IMG/VR virus record: IMGVR_UViG_2799112320_000004
Location: 1-64,000 of that record
Source of the DNA: a virus
Lineage: Duplodnaviria > Caudoviricetes
Strand: one strand, 5' to 3'
Length of the DNA: 64,000 bases
The position numbers and the translations under genes were made by a program. Under the pieces are notes generated by a model that was not told the origin of the DNA, ran no database searches, and worked only from the letters and a program-made list of their open reading frames with translations. Shown one piece after another: positions 1 to 9,029 of this stretch; position 1 is the first letter of the stretch, and every line of letters begins with the position of its first letter.

Positions 1-378
1 GTGAGCGAGGCGGCGAGCGAGATCTTCGGCGCGCGGGAAAGGCCCTACGACTACCGCTGGGGCACGCCCGTGCAGGTGAACGAGCAGTTCGGGATCAGCG
101 CGGCGTCGCTCAAGGCCGCCTGGGCCCGTGGCTGGGTGCGCGCGCGTCAGGGCAACTGGGTGAGCGACGCGAAGCGCACGCAGACGATCTACTGCTTCGA
201 GGACATCCACGGCTGGCTGGAGCGCGTCGCGCACCGCGTGACGAAAGTCTACGCCGAGACGTTCTGGACGGACGAGACCGTGGCGGAGATGGCCGAGAAG
301 ACGCCCGACGGGCCGTACATGCGGCGGGCCACGCTCGGTCGGAAAGACGGCTTCCCGAAACTTCCAAGGAAGGTATAG
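1..378 (+). CDS. Excisionase-like / winged-HTH DNA-binding protein (5' end may lie outside the window)
   Basis: 125-aa ORF with an HTH-like segment QVNEQFGISAASLKAAWARGWV and a distal TIYCFEDIHGWLE motif; first gene of the early operon. Confidence 0.45.
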   Translation: MSEAASEIFGARERPYDYRWGTPVQVNEQFGISAASLKAAWARGWVRARQGNWVSDAKRTQTIYCFEDIHGWLERVAHRVTKVYAETFWTDETVAEMAEKTPDGPYMRRATLGRKDGFPKLPRKV

Positions 379-380
379 GC

Positions 381-581
381 ATGAAACCACAGACACAGAC
401 AACAGAGATGACGATCCACATCAAGATCCCGGTCGGATGGTACGAGGGGCTGCGCAGGCTCGCCGACCAGGTCGAGGGCACGATCCACCAGCAGACGCGT
501 CTCGCGATCCGCGAGCGCCTGGAGCGGACCGGCGCCGACTTTTTCGCCGGAAACGGCATGAACAACAAACTGGAGAACTAA
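381..581 (+). CDS. Small ribbon-helix-helix-like regulator
   Basis: 66 aa; beta-strand TIHIKIP followed by two amphipathic helices (YEGLRRLADQ, IHQQTRLAIRERL); AGG RBS upstream. Confidence 0.5.
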   Translation: MKPQTQTTEMTIHIKIPVGWYEGLRRLADQVEGTIHQQTRLAIRERLERTGADFFAGNGMNNKLEN

Positions 582-584
582 ACA

Positions 585-1703
585 ATGAAAGCTACGATAG
601 CAAGGAGCCTGCTCGCAGAAGCGGCCCAAGCAGTCAAGGGGCTCGTCGCGAAAGACGGGCTCAGCGCGTTCAGCAAGATCAGGCTGGACGTGAGCGGCGA
701 CGCGTCGGTGACGGGCTCGAACGGAGACATCCAGGTCGAATGGCGCATGGCCTGCGAGATCATCGACCGTGGGACGGTGACCGTGCCCGGCGCGGCGTTC
801 GCGGCGTTCGTCGGCGCGATGCCGGAGGGCAAGGTCGAGATGGAATTGGCCAATCACAAATTGGCCATAGAAGGCAACGGAGTGAAGTTCAAGCTCGCGG
901 CAGGCGAGGCGGCCGACTTCCCCGTGATGGCCGGTCCGAAGGAGGGCGCTAGGCTGGGTATCACCTCGACGCTCCTGTACGAGATGCTGCGAAAGGTGAA
1001 GTTCGCCGTCTCGGCGGACGATACGCGCAAGTCGCTCACGGGCGTGAACATCGCCTTTAAGGACGGGCTGCTCGGCATGACGGCGACGGACGGGCGGAGG
1101 CTCGCGCACGTGGAGAAGGATTTGGATGAGGACGATGAGGCAGAGGCAGGCCGCCTCGGCTTCAACTTCACGCTTCCGATGAAGGCCGTGGGCACGCTGT
1201 ACGGGCTACTGGAGAAGATGGCGGGGAGCGGCGACCTCGTGCAGATCGCATCGGACGGAAAGGCCGTGCGGTTCGTCGGCGACTTCTGGATCATGACGGC
1301 AAAGGTGATTGACGAGATTTATCCGAACTGGCGGAAGGTCGTGCCGGAGAAGCAACCGCACCAGGCGGAGCTGAAGCGCGCGGCGTTCCTCGCGGCGCTG
1401 GGCCGCGCGGCGCTCGCAAGCCAGGAGGTGAGCGGCGTGAAGATCACGCTGAAGAACACGAGCGCCGTGTTCGAGGCGAGGAACGAGATCACGGCGGCGA
1501 ACGCGGGCACGGCGGCCTGCAAGATGGACGAGGGCGTGAAAGGCGAGTTCCGCGTGAACCCGCGCCTGATGAAGGACGCGCTGGAGTCGATCGACGAGGA
1601 CGACTTCACGCTCCACTTCGACGACGGCAACGGGACGCCGATCAAGCTGACGTGCTCGCTGCCATGGGTGGCCGTGGTCATGCCATTCAGGAAGGAGGGC
1701 TGA
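585..1703 (+). CDS. dnaN: Phage-encoded DNA polymerase III beta sliding clamp
   Basis: 372 aa with DnaN hallmarks: AVSADDTRKSLTGV, MTATDGRRLA, YPNWRKVVP, FRVNPRLMKDAL, terminal VVMP. Confidence 0.9.
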   Translation: MKATIARSLLAEAAQAVKGLVAKDGLSAFSKIRLDVSGDASVTGSNGDIQVEWRMACEIIDRGTVTVPGAAFAAFVGAMPEGKVEMELANHKLAIEGNGVKFKLAAGEAADFPVMAGPKEGARLGITSTLLYEMLRKVKFAVSADDTRKSLTGVNIAFKDGLLGMTATDGRRLAHVEKDLDEDDEAEAGRLGFNFTLPMKAVGTLYGLLEKMAGSGDLVQIASDGKAVRFVGDFWIMTAKVIDEIYPNWRKVVPEKQPHQAELKRAAFLAALGRAALASQEVSGVKITLKNTSAVFEARNEITAANAGTAACKMDEGVKGEFRVNPRLMKDALESIDEDDFTLHFDDGNGTPIKLTCSLPWVAVVMPFRKEG

Positions 1704-1706
1704 GGG

Positions 1707-2417
1707 ATGAGTGAAGAGGTACAGACGCCTGACGAGGCCGAGGGCTTCTCGGAAAAGGAGAGGGCTGCGAACAGGCCCGGAACGGAAAAGCGCGACTGGG
1801 TGGAGGAGGCCTATCAGTGCTTCATTAAGGACGCGCAGGGGATTGACCCGACGGATCCCGTGAAGGCAGTCGAGGCGTACTTTCAGAAGAACGCGACTGA
1901 CGAGCTGAAGGCCAAATGCAAGGCCGAGGGCAAGGACGCCAAGGGATGCTGGAGGTTCATCGAGGCTGTGGCGCGGAAGGCGTTGCACGGATCGAGCGGC
2001 CACATCGACCCGGCCGTGGTGTATGCGATCGCCATGCACTGGTTCGAGGATGTGCCGGTGGACTGGAACATGCCGAAGGTATTGGGGAAGGCGTCCGAGC
2101 CGAAGAAGACAGCAAGCGTACAACAGCAAGATTCTGGACCGAAGAAGAAGCCGAAGAAGCCGGCGGAGACGCCTTCCGAGAAGCGGAAGGAGAAGGAGCG
2201 TATGGCCAAGGCGAAGGCCAAGTCCAAGGCGAAGAAGCCGCGCGCGCAGCAGGGCTTCTTCTTCGAGATGCTTGAAATGCAACCGGGTGAACAAAAGCCA
2301 TGTGGTTCACCCTCGCCCCAGGCGTCGGCGGGCGCGTCAGGGGAAGAGAATGCCGTGGCGCTCAGCGCACAGCCCGCTTCAACTTCTTCAACGGAAAGCG
2401 AGGTGCAGAATGGTTAA
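1707..2417 (+). CDS. PcfK-like protein (family that includes Cas9 inhibitor AcrIIA9)
   Basis: Core IEAVARKALHGSSGHIDPAVVYAIAMHWFED followed by a Lys-rich tail ending QQGFFFEM; lies upstream of a PcfJ-like gene. Confidence 0.65.
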   Translation: MSEEVQTPDEAEGFSEKERAANRPGTEKRDWVEEAYQCFIKDAQGIDPTDPVKAVEAYFQKNATDELKAKCKAEGKDAKGCWRFIEAVARKALHGSSGHIDPAVVYAIAMHWFEDVPVDWNMPKVLGKASEPKKTASVQQQDSGPKKKPKKPAETPSEKRKEKERMAKAKAKSKAKKPRAQQGFFFEMLEMQPGEQKPCGSPSPQASAGASGEENAVALSAQPASTSSTESEVQNG

Positions 2418-3072
2418 GAAAAGTCTAGCAGAGATCCACGACTGGGCGATGGAATTCCTCAAGCGCGCGGAGTTGGGCACGGAGCAGATCGCGGCGCTCG
2501 ACGCGATGGGCTACTTCAACAAGCCCGCGTCGCTGCGGCACCACCTGGCCCGCGCCGGCGGGCTCATGGAGCACAGCCTCAACGTGACCAACTGGATGGT
2601 CAACCTGAAGGACAGCTTCGGGTGCTGCATGCGGCCGAGGAGCCCGTACCTCATCGGGATGCTGCACGACATCTGCAAGTGCGCGTGCTACGAGTGGAAC
2701 GAGTCGGCGCAGGCCTTCGAGTGGAAGGAGCCGCAGTACATGGGGCACGGCAGCGCGAGCGTGATCATGATCGCGACTGAGCTCGGGATCATCCTGGACC
2801 CGAACGAGGCAATGGCGATCCAATGGCACATGGGCGCGTTCGGTCTGGACAAGGCCGCGCTCGCGCGCTATGACGCGGCGCTGAAGGAATACCCTTCCGA
2901 CATCCTGCTCACGCACACGGCCGACATGATGGCCTCCAAAGTGACCGAGGGGGGTGGGCATGAAAATATGCAACAAATGCAGGACGGCGCTCCTCAAAGG
3001 GAGGAAAATGGTCGATTGTCCACGACAAGGGCTCATTGGGGTGAAGAGCCGAGAATAACGGAAGAGAGGTGA
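2410..3072 (+). CDS. HD-domain phosphohydrolase
   Basis: Start re-assigned to ATG 2410, overlapping the upstream stop; motifs HHLARAGGLMEHSLNV, MLHDICK, GHG, IQWHMG, LTHTADM. Confidence 0.85.
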   Translation: MVKKSLAEIHDWAMEFLKRAELGTEQIAALDAMGYFNKPASLRHHLARAGGLMEHSLNVTNWMVNLKDSFGCCMRPRSPYLIGMLHDICKCACYEWNESAQAFEWKEPQYMGHGSASVIMIATELGIILDPNEAMAIQWHMGAFGLDKAALARYDAALKEYPSDILLTHTADMMASKVTEGGGHENMQQMQDGAPQREENGRLSTTRAHWGEEPRITEER

Positions 3073-3075
3073 GCC

Positions 3076-3423
3076 ATGCTGAAGATTAAAAGAGGCGACT
3101 GCTCGGTACTTCATCTTGTGCTTAAGAAGAAGTGGTACGACATGATTGCGAGCGGCGAAAAACGCGAAGATTACAGGGCCGCGAAAAACTACTATCGGAC
3201 GCGGATCGCAAACTTCATCAGACGCTACGCCGACAAGGGTCTAAAGAAGCTTGTCGTCGCGTTTTCATGCGGAAGGAGAAAGGCCGACATTCACATGACT
3301 GTCATAGGGATAAACATCTACCCGGACAGTCTGCATCCCGAATGGGGAGAGCCGAAAGGCTACCACTATGTGATTGTACTCGGCAGACGCGTGGTCATGG
3401 TAGACGAAAGCGAGGTGGAATGA
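3076..3423 (+). CDS. ASCH/PUA-like domain protein
   Basis: LHLVLKKKWYDMIASGEKREDYR matches the ASCH N-terminal GxKxxExR-type motif. Confidence 0.75.
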   Translation: MLKIKRGDCSVLHLVLKKKWYDMIASGEKREDYRAAKNYYRTRIANFIRRYADKGLKKLVVAFSCGRRKADIHMTVIGINIYPDSLHPEWGEPKGYHYVIVLGRRVVMVDESEVE

Positions 3424-5045
3424 TGAGCCTGACACGGAAGCAGATGATGGAGATCGTCGCGTTCGACTGGAAACGGCGGACGGGGCTCGATTTCGACGGA
3501 CGCCGGTATGGCAGCATCACCGGCGCGCACGCGCCGTACATCACCGAGACCTGGGGCCTGTGCCACGGATCGCATGTGTTCAAGGGCAAGAAGAATCCGC
3601 CCAGGAAGACGTTGCGATATAACTACATTGTGCCGGAGCGGGTAAACGGCAAGCGTACGACAGCAAGCGGGAAGCCGGTACGGCCGGACGTGACAGTCGT
3701 GCATGTGGCCGTGCGGCTTGACGGGAATTACCGGCCCGTCGTGAAGGACGTGTTTCGGTGGCACATCAAGACCAATTCGTGCGAGTTCCGGGACATCGAC
3801 TACCACGGTCTCGGCGGGTGGATCGTGGAGTGGCAGCGCGAGGACTGGGCCGGGAAGAAGAAGGGCTGCAAGCGGTTGACGCCAAGGCTGGCGAGGTCTG
3901 TTGACGATGGATGGGGACACAACGGGATGAAGTGGAAGTTCAACATCGGGCTGACTTTTCCCTGGCACGAGACGGTGAACCCGGAGGCGCTAAAAGGCAC
4001 GAAGTACGAGTGGTGTCAGTACAGCGACTCCACGCCATGCAAGGCCGGACTTGTGGACTGGCTAATGATGTACCGCCAGGAGCCGAAGATCGAACTGCTG
4101 GCCAAGATGGGGCTCCACCGTCTCATCTGCCCGGCGGGGATCAAGGCGCTCCAGGACCGGCGCGTGCGCGACTGGATCCTGGCGCACCGCGAGGAGGCCG
4201 CGAAGCGGTACAAGGACGGCACGCCGCGCTACGACATGGTGGACATCATCTACGCGGCACGGCACGGCGTGACGATCAACGCGGCCGAGAAGCGCCGGTG
4301 CTTCATCCAAGACGTGCGGCAACACCTGGACCTCTGGCCGAGCACGGAGAAGGTGCGGCTCGACTACGACCGGCTGATGAAGCTGTTCCGGAAGTGGAGG
4401 ATCTCCGCTCCGGAGTATGGGCGCTACCTCAAGTACGCCCTACGCACGGGGCATGACCTCAAGAACGAGGGCACGCTCTATCCGCCGGTGCGCGGCGGGC
4501 GCGAGGCGTTCATGGTCCGGCTGGAGGCGCTCGAAGCGCTGTCCGCGAAGCTCGAGCGCGCCGAGCAACGCCGGCGCCGTAGGCAGGCGCGCATGGCCGA
4601 AGCCGAGCGGAAGGCCGCGATCGAGGCGGAGGAGAGGCGGATCGCCGAGATGATGAAGGCGAGAATGACCGAGCTCGAGGCGTTCCAGAAGTCGCTGAAG
4701 CGTTCGACCACGCTGAAAGGCTGCGGCTACGCGATCATCCTGGCAAAGTCCCAGGAGGAACTGCGGGTCGAAGGCAAGCGCATGGGAAACTGCGTGGGCA
4801 TGGGCACGTACGGTCGCGCGATCGTGACGGGCGACGCGCTCATCATCATGCTCATGCGCGACGGGAAATCCTACTGCGACATCGAGATCGGGCGCAAGAA
4901 GTGGAACGTCCGCCAGTGCTACCTGGAGCGCAACCAGCGCGCGCCCGAGGAGATCCACGAACTGGCGAAGCAGATCGCGGCCTGCCTCAAGGCGGAGTAC
5001 CTGCGGTTCAAGAAGCGCAAGGCGCAGGAAAGGAAGGTCGCGTAA
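3420..5045 (+). CDS. PcfJ-like domain protein
   Basis: Start at ATG 3420 (ATGA overlap with the ASCH gene); C-terminal ELRVEGKRMGNCVG...Y...IIMLMRDGKSYCDIEI is typical of PcfJ; long coiled coil precedes it. Confidence 0.75.
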   Translation: MMSLTRKQMMEIVAFDWKRRTGLDFDGRRYGSITGAHAPYITETWGLCHGSHVFKGKKNPPRKTLRYNYIVPERVNGKRTTASGKPVRPDVTVVHVAVRLDGNYRPVVKDVFRWHIKTNSCEFRDIDYHGLGGWIVEWQREDWAGKKKGCKRLTPRLARSVDDGWGHNGMKWKFNIGLTFPWHETVNPEALKGTKYEWCQYSDSTPCKAGLVDWLMMYRQEPKIELLAKMGLHRLICPAGIKALQDRRVRDWILAHREEAAKRYKDGTPRYDMVDIIYAARHGVTINAAEKRRCFIQDVRQHLDLWPSTEKVRLDYDRLMKLFRKWRISAPEYGRYLKYALRTGHDLKNEGTLYPPVRGGREAFMVRLEALEALSAKLERAEQRRRRRQARMAEAERKAAIEAEERRIAEMMKARMTELEAFQKSLKRSTTLKGCGYAIILAKSQEELRVEGKRMGNCVGMGTYGRAIVTGDALIIMLMRDGKSYCDIEIGRKKWNVRQCYLERNQRAPEEIHELAKQIAACLKAEYLRFKKRKAQERKVA

Positions 5046-5234
5046 GTGGCACGGAGGCGAAAATGCGGGCATTGCCCGAAGAACGACTTCGGATGGTGTG
5101 CCATCCGGGCCGAATTGCGACCGCGCGACGCGCCTGCCTGCGACTACGGGCGAAAGCTGATGGACAACGCGTACATGGCAAAGTACATGCGCGAGCGACG
5201 CAAGGCGAGGAAGCGAGGGATGGAAGATGACTAA
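5046..5234 (+). CDS. Small Cys-rich basic protein
   Basis: 62 aa, CGHC...C...C pattern, tightly packed in the operon. Confidence 0.55.
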   Translation: MARRRKCGHCPKNDFGWCAIRAELRPRDAPACDYGRKLMDNAYMAKYMRERRKARKRGMEDD

Positions 5235-5361
5235 GGTATTCCCGAGCGTGCTGATCGCGCTGGACGTGTGTGCTGCTGGCGTGTACGCGGCGCACGGCGA
5301 CTGGCGCAGGTTCATTTACTGGATAGCCGCGGCGACGCTGACGGCCACGGTGACGTTCTAG
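5227..5361 (+). CDS. Small 2-TM membrane protein (44 aa, not in the ORF track)
   Basis: Manual translation MTKVFPSVLIALDVCAAGVYAAHGDWRRFIYWIAAATLTATVTF*; overlaps the upstream stop; fills the gap between neighbouring genes. Confidence 0.65.
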   Translation: MTKVFPSVLIALDVCAAGVYAAHGDWRRFIYWIAAATLTATVTF

Positions 5362-5377
5362 GAGAAAGGAGCGCGGC

Positions 5378-5572
5378 ATGGAAGAGAAGGTATGGTGGAC
5401 CGTCAAGACGGACTGTGGCACGCGCCGCACGCTCGCCGTGAGCGCGCGCAAGGCCGAGCGCAACGTGCGCTATCGGCTCGTCATGGACGACCGCTCATAC
5501 GACCGACCACGGCCGCGCGACTTCGCCGAGATGCGCGACATCGAGGTGATGGAGGTGGTGAAGGATGATTGA
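5378..5572 (+). CDS. Hypothetical phage protein
   Basis: 64 aa, GGAG RBS upstream, overlaps the primase start. Confidence 0.6.
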   Translation: MEEKVWWTVKTDCGTRRTLAVSARKAERNVRYRLVMDDRSYDRPRPRDFAEMRDIEVMEVVKDD

Positions 5573-8417
5573 CGAGGCGGATTTCCTGGCCAAGTTCGAG
5601 GGCGTGCAGAAGTCTGGCGGCGGGTGGGTTGCCCGGTGCCCAGCGCACGAGGACAAGAACGCGTCGCTCTCGATCGGCAAGGGCGACGACGGGCGCTGGC
5701 TCGTACACTGCCACGCCGGGTGCAGCGCGGAGGCCGTCGTGTCGGCCCTGGGGCTCAAGCTGCGCGACCTCATGCCCGACAAGCCGGAGCACCGGACGGC
5801 GAAGAGCCGCTTCGGCACCTGGGTGTGCGACTACGAATACCAGGACGAGGCCGGGAAGGTGCTCTACAAGAGCTGCCGGTACGTCAAGGACGACGGCAAG
5901 AAGACGTTCGTGATCAAGACGCCCGATCCGAGCTCGCCGTTCGGGTGGAGCTACGGACTCTCCAAGAAGAAGATCGCGCGCGTGCCGTTCCGGCTTCCGA
6001 GGGTAATCTCCGCCGCGAAGGCCGGCAAGACCATCGTGATCGTCGAGGGCGAGAAGGACGTGCTGACGGTCGAGCAGACGGTCGGCTGCGCGGCGACCTG
6101 CAACGTCGCGGGCGCCGGCAAGTGGGGCTACATGTTCCCGGAGGGATGGGGCAGGTGGTTCGAGGGCGCGCCCGGGATCATCGTCGTCGCGGACAACGAC
6201 AAGAGCCTCGTCGGCCAGAAGCACGCGTGGGACGTCCGGCGCCAACTGCTCGAGCAGGGCTACAAGGGCCGGACCAAGCTGATGGTCATGCCGGCCGTCG
6301 GCGAGGAGCGGCCGAAGGACTACACCGACTGGGTGGAGGCGCGCAAGGCCGCCGGGCTCCCGGCCGACAAGGCCGCGTTCATGGAAGCGGTGAAGAGCGC
6401 CGAGCCCTGGCCGAAGGAATGGGAGTTCGACGGCACATCCACGGATGTTGCGCGCGCTGAAAAAAGCGCGCGCGAAGCCTTATCAGATTCCGCAGACGAG
6501 GACCGCCGGCCGGACCGTTTCGGCGGTCCGGCTCCCCGCGCCCCTGGTGAAGAGCGTAAAACGTGGACGGTGGATTTTGACATCGGAGGCGGACGGTTCG
6601 CGCGTCTCGAGCTCGAGTACGGCTGGACGGTCGAGCAGGTTTTGACCTACAGCGTGACGGCCGTGAGCAAGAAATGCCCGAACAACGAGCTTCCGCGCGG
6701 CGTCTACGCCCGGCTGAAGGCATGGAGCGCGGCGCTTTGGCTCCTGATGCGCGGCAGTTTCTTCTGGCACAGCGACTACCGGGACTTCGGGACGTGCATG
6801 TTCCTCGACCGCGATCCGGACAGCTGCACGCTCATGCGGATCATGAGCGACGAGTTCTACGCCTTCGTGGCCCGGCACGCGCGCATGGAGGACGTTGATC
6901 CGAAGAAAGGCGACCTCGGCAAGGTGCTCGGGCTCGTCAAACAGATCGCGGTCAGCAGCGACTACGCGCAGGGCGTGAGGCCCGGCAACAGCTGGGAGCG
7001 TCGCGGCGACGCGGTGTACATCTCCAACGGCGACACGGAGATGTGCAGAGTCAAGGACGGCAAATGCGAGATGGTGCAGAACGGCACAGACGGCGTAGTC
7101 TTCCTCCGAGGCAAGACCCTTGCGCCCTGGCAACTCCGCGACGGCGCCGGCAAGGATCCGTTCGCGACGGCCAAGATCTTCACCGGCGCGAGCTTCGCGG
7201 ACGCGAACGGGCTCATGAACGTGCGTCTCTGGACGATGAACCTCCTCGCGTGCCACGCGACGAAACCTCCCCTTCTCATCACAGGCGGCGCCGGATCCGG
7301 CAAGACGCGCATGGCCAAGGGCATAAAAGAGATCCTCGGCATGCGCCAGGACGGCGCGCTCGATCTCTCCGTGCAGCAGATCGAGGACGGCGACAAAGGG
7401 CTCGATGCGTTCTGGGCGACGGTCAACGACGGCAAGCTGGAAGTTTTTGATAACTTCGACACGAAGGTCAAATGGGCCAGCGACACGCTCCAGACGGCGG
7501 CCACGGACGGCCAGACGAAGCGCAGGACGCTCTACACGACGTTCGGCGTCTCGATCCTGCGGGCGAACGCGCACATCATCTTGACGTCGAACAACCCGAT
7601 ATTTTCCACGGAGGGCAACGGCGGCCTCGCCGACCGGCTCATCACGATCCCGCTCACGCTGAACCGCAACGTGAGCCAGGACGCCGAGCTCTCGGCCGAG
7701 ATCGCCGCGAACCGCGACGAATACCTCACCTGGATCGCGCGCACACTCGCGAAGGCGCTGCTCGACAAGGCGCCGGTGGACAAGTCGATCAACCGGCGGC
7801 ATCCGGACTACGGCGAGTTCTCCGTGCGCGTCGGCCGCGCCATCGGCGACGAGGAGGGCGTCGTCAAGGCCCTGGGCGCTGCGGAGGCCGACAAGGCCAT
7901 TCTCCCGCTGATGAACGACGCCGTGACGAAGGAGATCATGGGCGTGCTGTCCGATAAGGACTACGAATGGAGCGGGACGGCCGGCGAGATGTCCGGGCTC
8001 ATCATCGCCAAGCAGGGCGACGACGAGGACGAGAAGACGAAGAGCATCTACTCTTCTCGGCGCGTCGGCAAGGCATTCAACAAGTACATGCGCCAGTTTT
8101 CGCTCATTTTCCGCATGGACGAGCCGAAATTGTACGAGGGCCGAAGCCTCTACACATTCCGCGGCATGACCGCTCTCGGTCAGATGTCGGTGGGTTTGGT
8201 GGATTCTAAACCCACTTTCGCCAAAACCCGTGAGAGCGCGCACGCGCACGGGTTTGTGGAAAACAACCCTTTTAATCCACCTAACCCACCAGACGAGGAA
8301 ACCACGGGCGCAGGGGGCGCGGGCGTTAGCACGCGCGCGCGCGGACCCCGCTCCCCTTTAGGCGTGGAAGAAGAAGAAGGAGGAAATGGAGATGAGGATT
8401 TATACTGGGATTTGTGA
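5565..8417 (+). CDS. Primase-helicase (Zn finger + TOPRIM + P-loop helicase)
   Basis: CPAHEDK...VHCHAGC zinc finger; IVIVEGEKDV and VVADNDK TOPRIM motifs; ITGGAGSGKT Walker A; VFDN Walker B; ILTSNN sensor. Confidence 0.9.
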   Translation: MIDEADFLAKFEGVQKSGGGWVARCPAHEDKNASLSIGKGDDGRWLVHCHAGCSAEAVVSALGLKLRDLMPDKPEHRTAKSRFGTWVCDYEYQDEAGKVLYKSCRYVKDDGKKTFVIKTPDPSSPFGWSYGLSKKKIARVPFRLPRVISAAKAGKTIVIVEGEKDVLTVEQTVGCAATCNVAGAGKWGYMFPEGWGRWFEGAPGIIVVADNDKSLVGQKHAWDVRRQLLEQGYKGRTKLMVMPAVGEERPKDYTDWVEARKAAGLPADKAAFMEAVKSAEPWPKEWEFDGTSTDVARAEKSAREALSDSADEDRRPDRFGGPAPRAPGEERKTWTVDFDIGGGRFARLELEYGWTVEQVLTYSVTAVSKKCPNNELPRGVYARLKAWSAALWLLMRGSFFWHSDYRDFGTCMFLDRDPDSCTLMRIMSDEFYAFVARHARMEDVDPKKGDLGKVLGLVKQIAVSSDYAQGVRPGNSWERRGDAVYISNGDTEMCRVKDGKCEMVQNGTDGVVFLRGKTLAPWQLRDGAGKDPFATAKIFTGASFADANGLMNVRLWTMNLLACHATKPPLLITGGAGSGKTRMAKGIKEILGMRQDGALDLSVQQIEDGDKGLDAFWATVNDGKLEVFDNFDTKVKWASDTLQTAATDGQTKRRTLYTTFGVSILRANAHIILTSNNPIFSTEGNGGLADRLITIPLTLNRNVSQDAELSAEIAANRDEYLTWIARTLAKALLDKAPVDKSINRRHPDYGEFSVRVGRAIGDEEGVVKALGAAEADKAILPLMNDAVTKEIMGVLSDKDYEWSGTAGEMSGLIIAKQGDDEDEKTKSIYSSRRVGKAFNKYMRQFSLIFRMDEPKLYEGRSLYTFRGMTALGQMSVGLVDSKPTFAKTRESAHAHGFVENNPFNPPNPPDEETTGAGGAGVSTRARGPRSPLGVEEEEGGNGDEDLYWDL
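8189..8290. repeat. Nested inverted repeats in the primase 3' end; candidate replication origin
   Basis: GGTGGGTTTGGTGGATT (8189-8205) vs AATCCACCTAACCCACC (8274-8290), 16/17 complementary; inner IRs GTGGGTTT/AAACCCAC (8190-8197, 8208-8215) and AAACCCGTG/CACGGGTTT (8224-8232, 8247-8255). Confidence 0.6.
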
Positions 8418-8480
8418 GGCCGAGATTGCGCAGCCGAATGACCGCCGTTCAAATGGGGTGTTTTCGGGAGTAAACGGGAG

Positions 8481-9029
8481 GTGCCCGTGAGGCGTCTCGG
8501 TTTGACACTGATGGAGGAGCGGTTCTGTGCGCTGATGGCCCACGGAAAGACCGCGCGCGAAGCCTATTCCGAGGCATTCAGCGTCGCGCTCGTCGATTCC
8601 CGCCGCGAGCATTCGGTGGATAACCGGGCGAGCCGTCTCCAGAAGCGCGCCGACATCATCAGCCGGATCGCGGAGCTGGCAGGGGAAGCGAAACGCAAGA
8701 ACCGCGAAATGTGGGAGAGGCGCGGAGAAGACCTGGCCGAACGCCTCTACACGCGCGTGCTCGAGGCCGACGGCGCCGGGCTCCTGCTGTCCAAGGGCGC
8801 GCTCAAGGGCCTCGAGGTGCTGGCCAAGATGAAGGGATTGAACGCGCCCGAGGAGACCGTGCTAAAGGACGGCGGCCGATCCGACGACTTCGTGCCGCGC
8901 GGCATCGAGGGCATGAGCGAAGAGGATTTGCGCGCAATCATCGACCAGGAGAAGCGGACGATCGAGGCGGATGTGGTCGAGGCTGGAGAGGACAGCAAGC
9001 GTACTACAGCAAGTGAGGAGGAGGGATGA
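8481..9029 (+). CDS. terS: Terminase small subunit
   Basis: N-terminal LTLMEERFCALMAHGKTAREAYSEAF typical of TerS; directly upstream of and overlapping terL. Confidence 0.75.
   Translation: MPVRRLGLTLMEERFCALMAHGKTAREAYSEAFSVALVDSRREHSVDNRASRLQKRADIISRIAELAGEAKRKNREMWERRGEDLAERLYTRVLEADGAGLLLSKGALKGLEVLAKMKGLNAPEETVLKDGGRSDDFVPRGIEGMSEEDLRAIIDQEKRTIEADVVEAGEDSKRTTASEEEG

Noticed and set aside
6449-6476. GCGCGCGC-A-rich loop-GCGCGCGC hairpin inside the primase gene
   Set aside because: Short self-complementary GC dinucleotide runs are expected by chance in this high-GC DNA; no supporting context.
8450-8480. Possible promoter TTCAAA-N17-TAAACG upstream of terS
   Set aside because: Weak match at both boxes; cannot be distinguished from chance.
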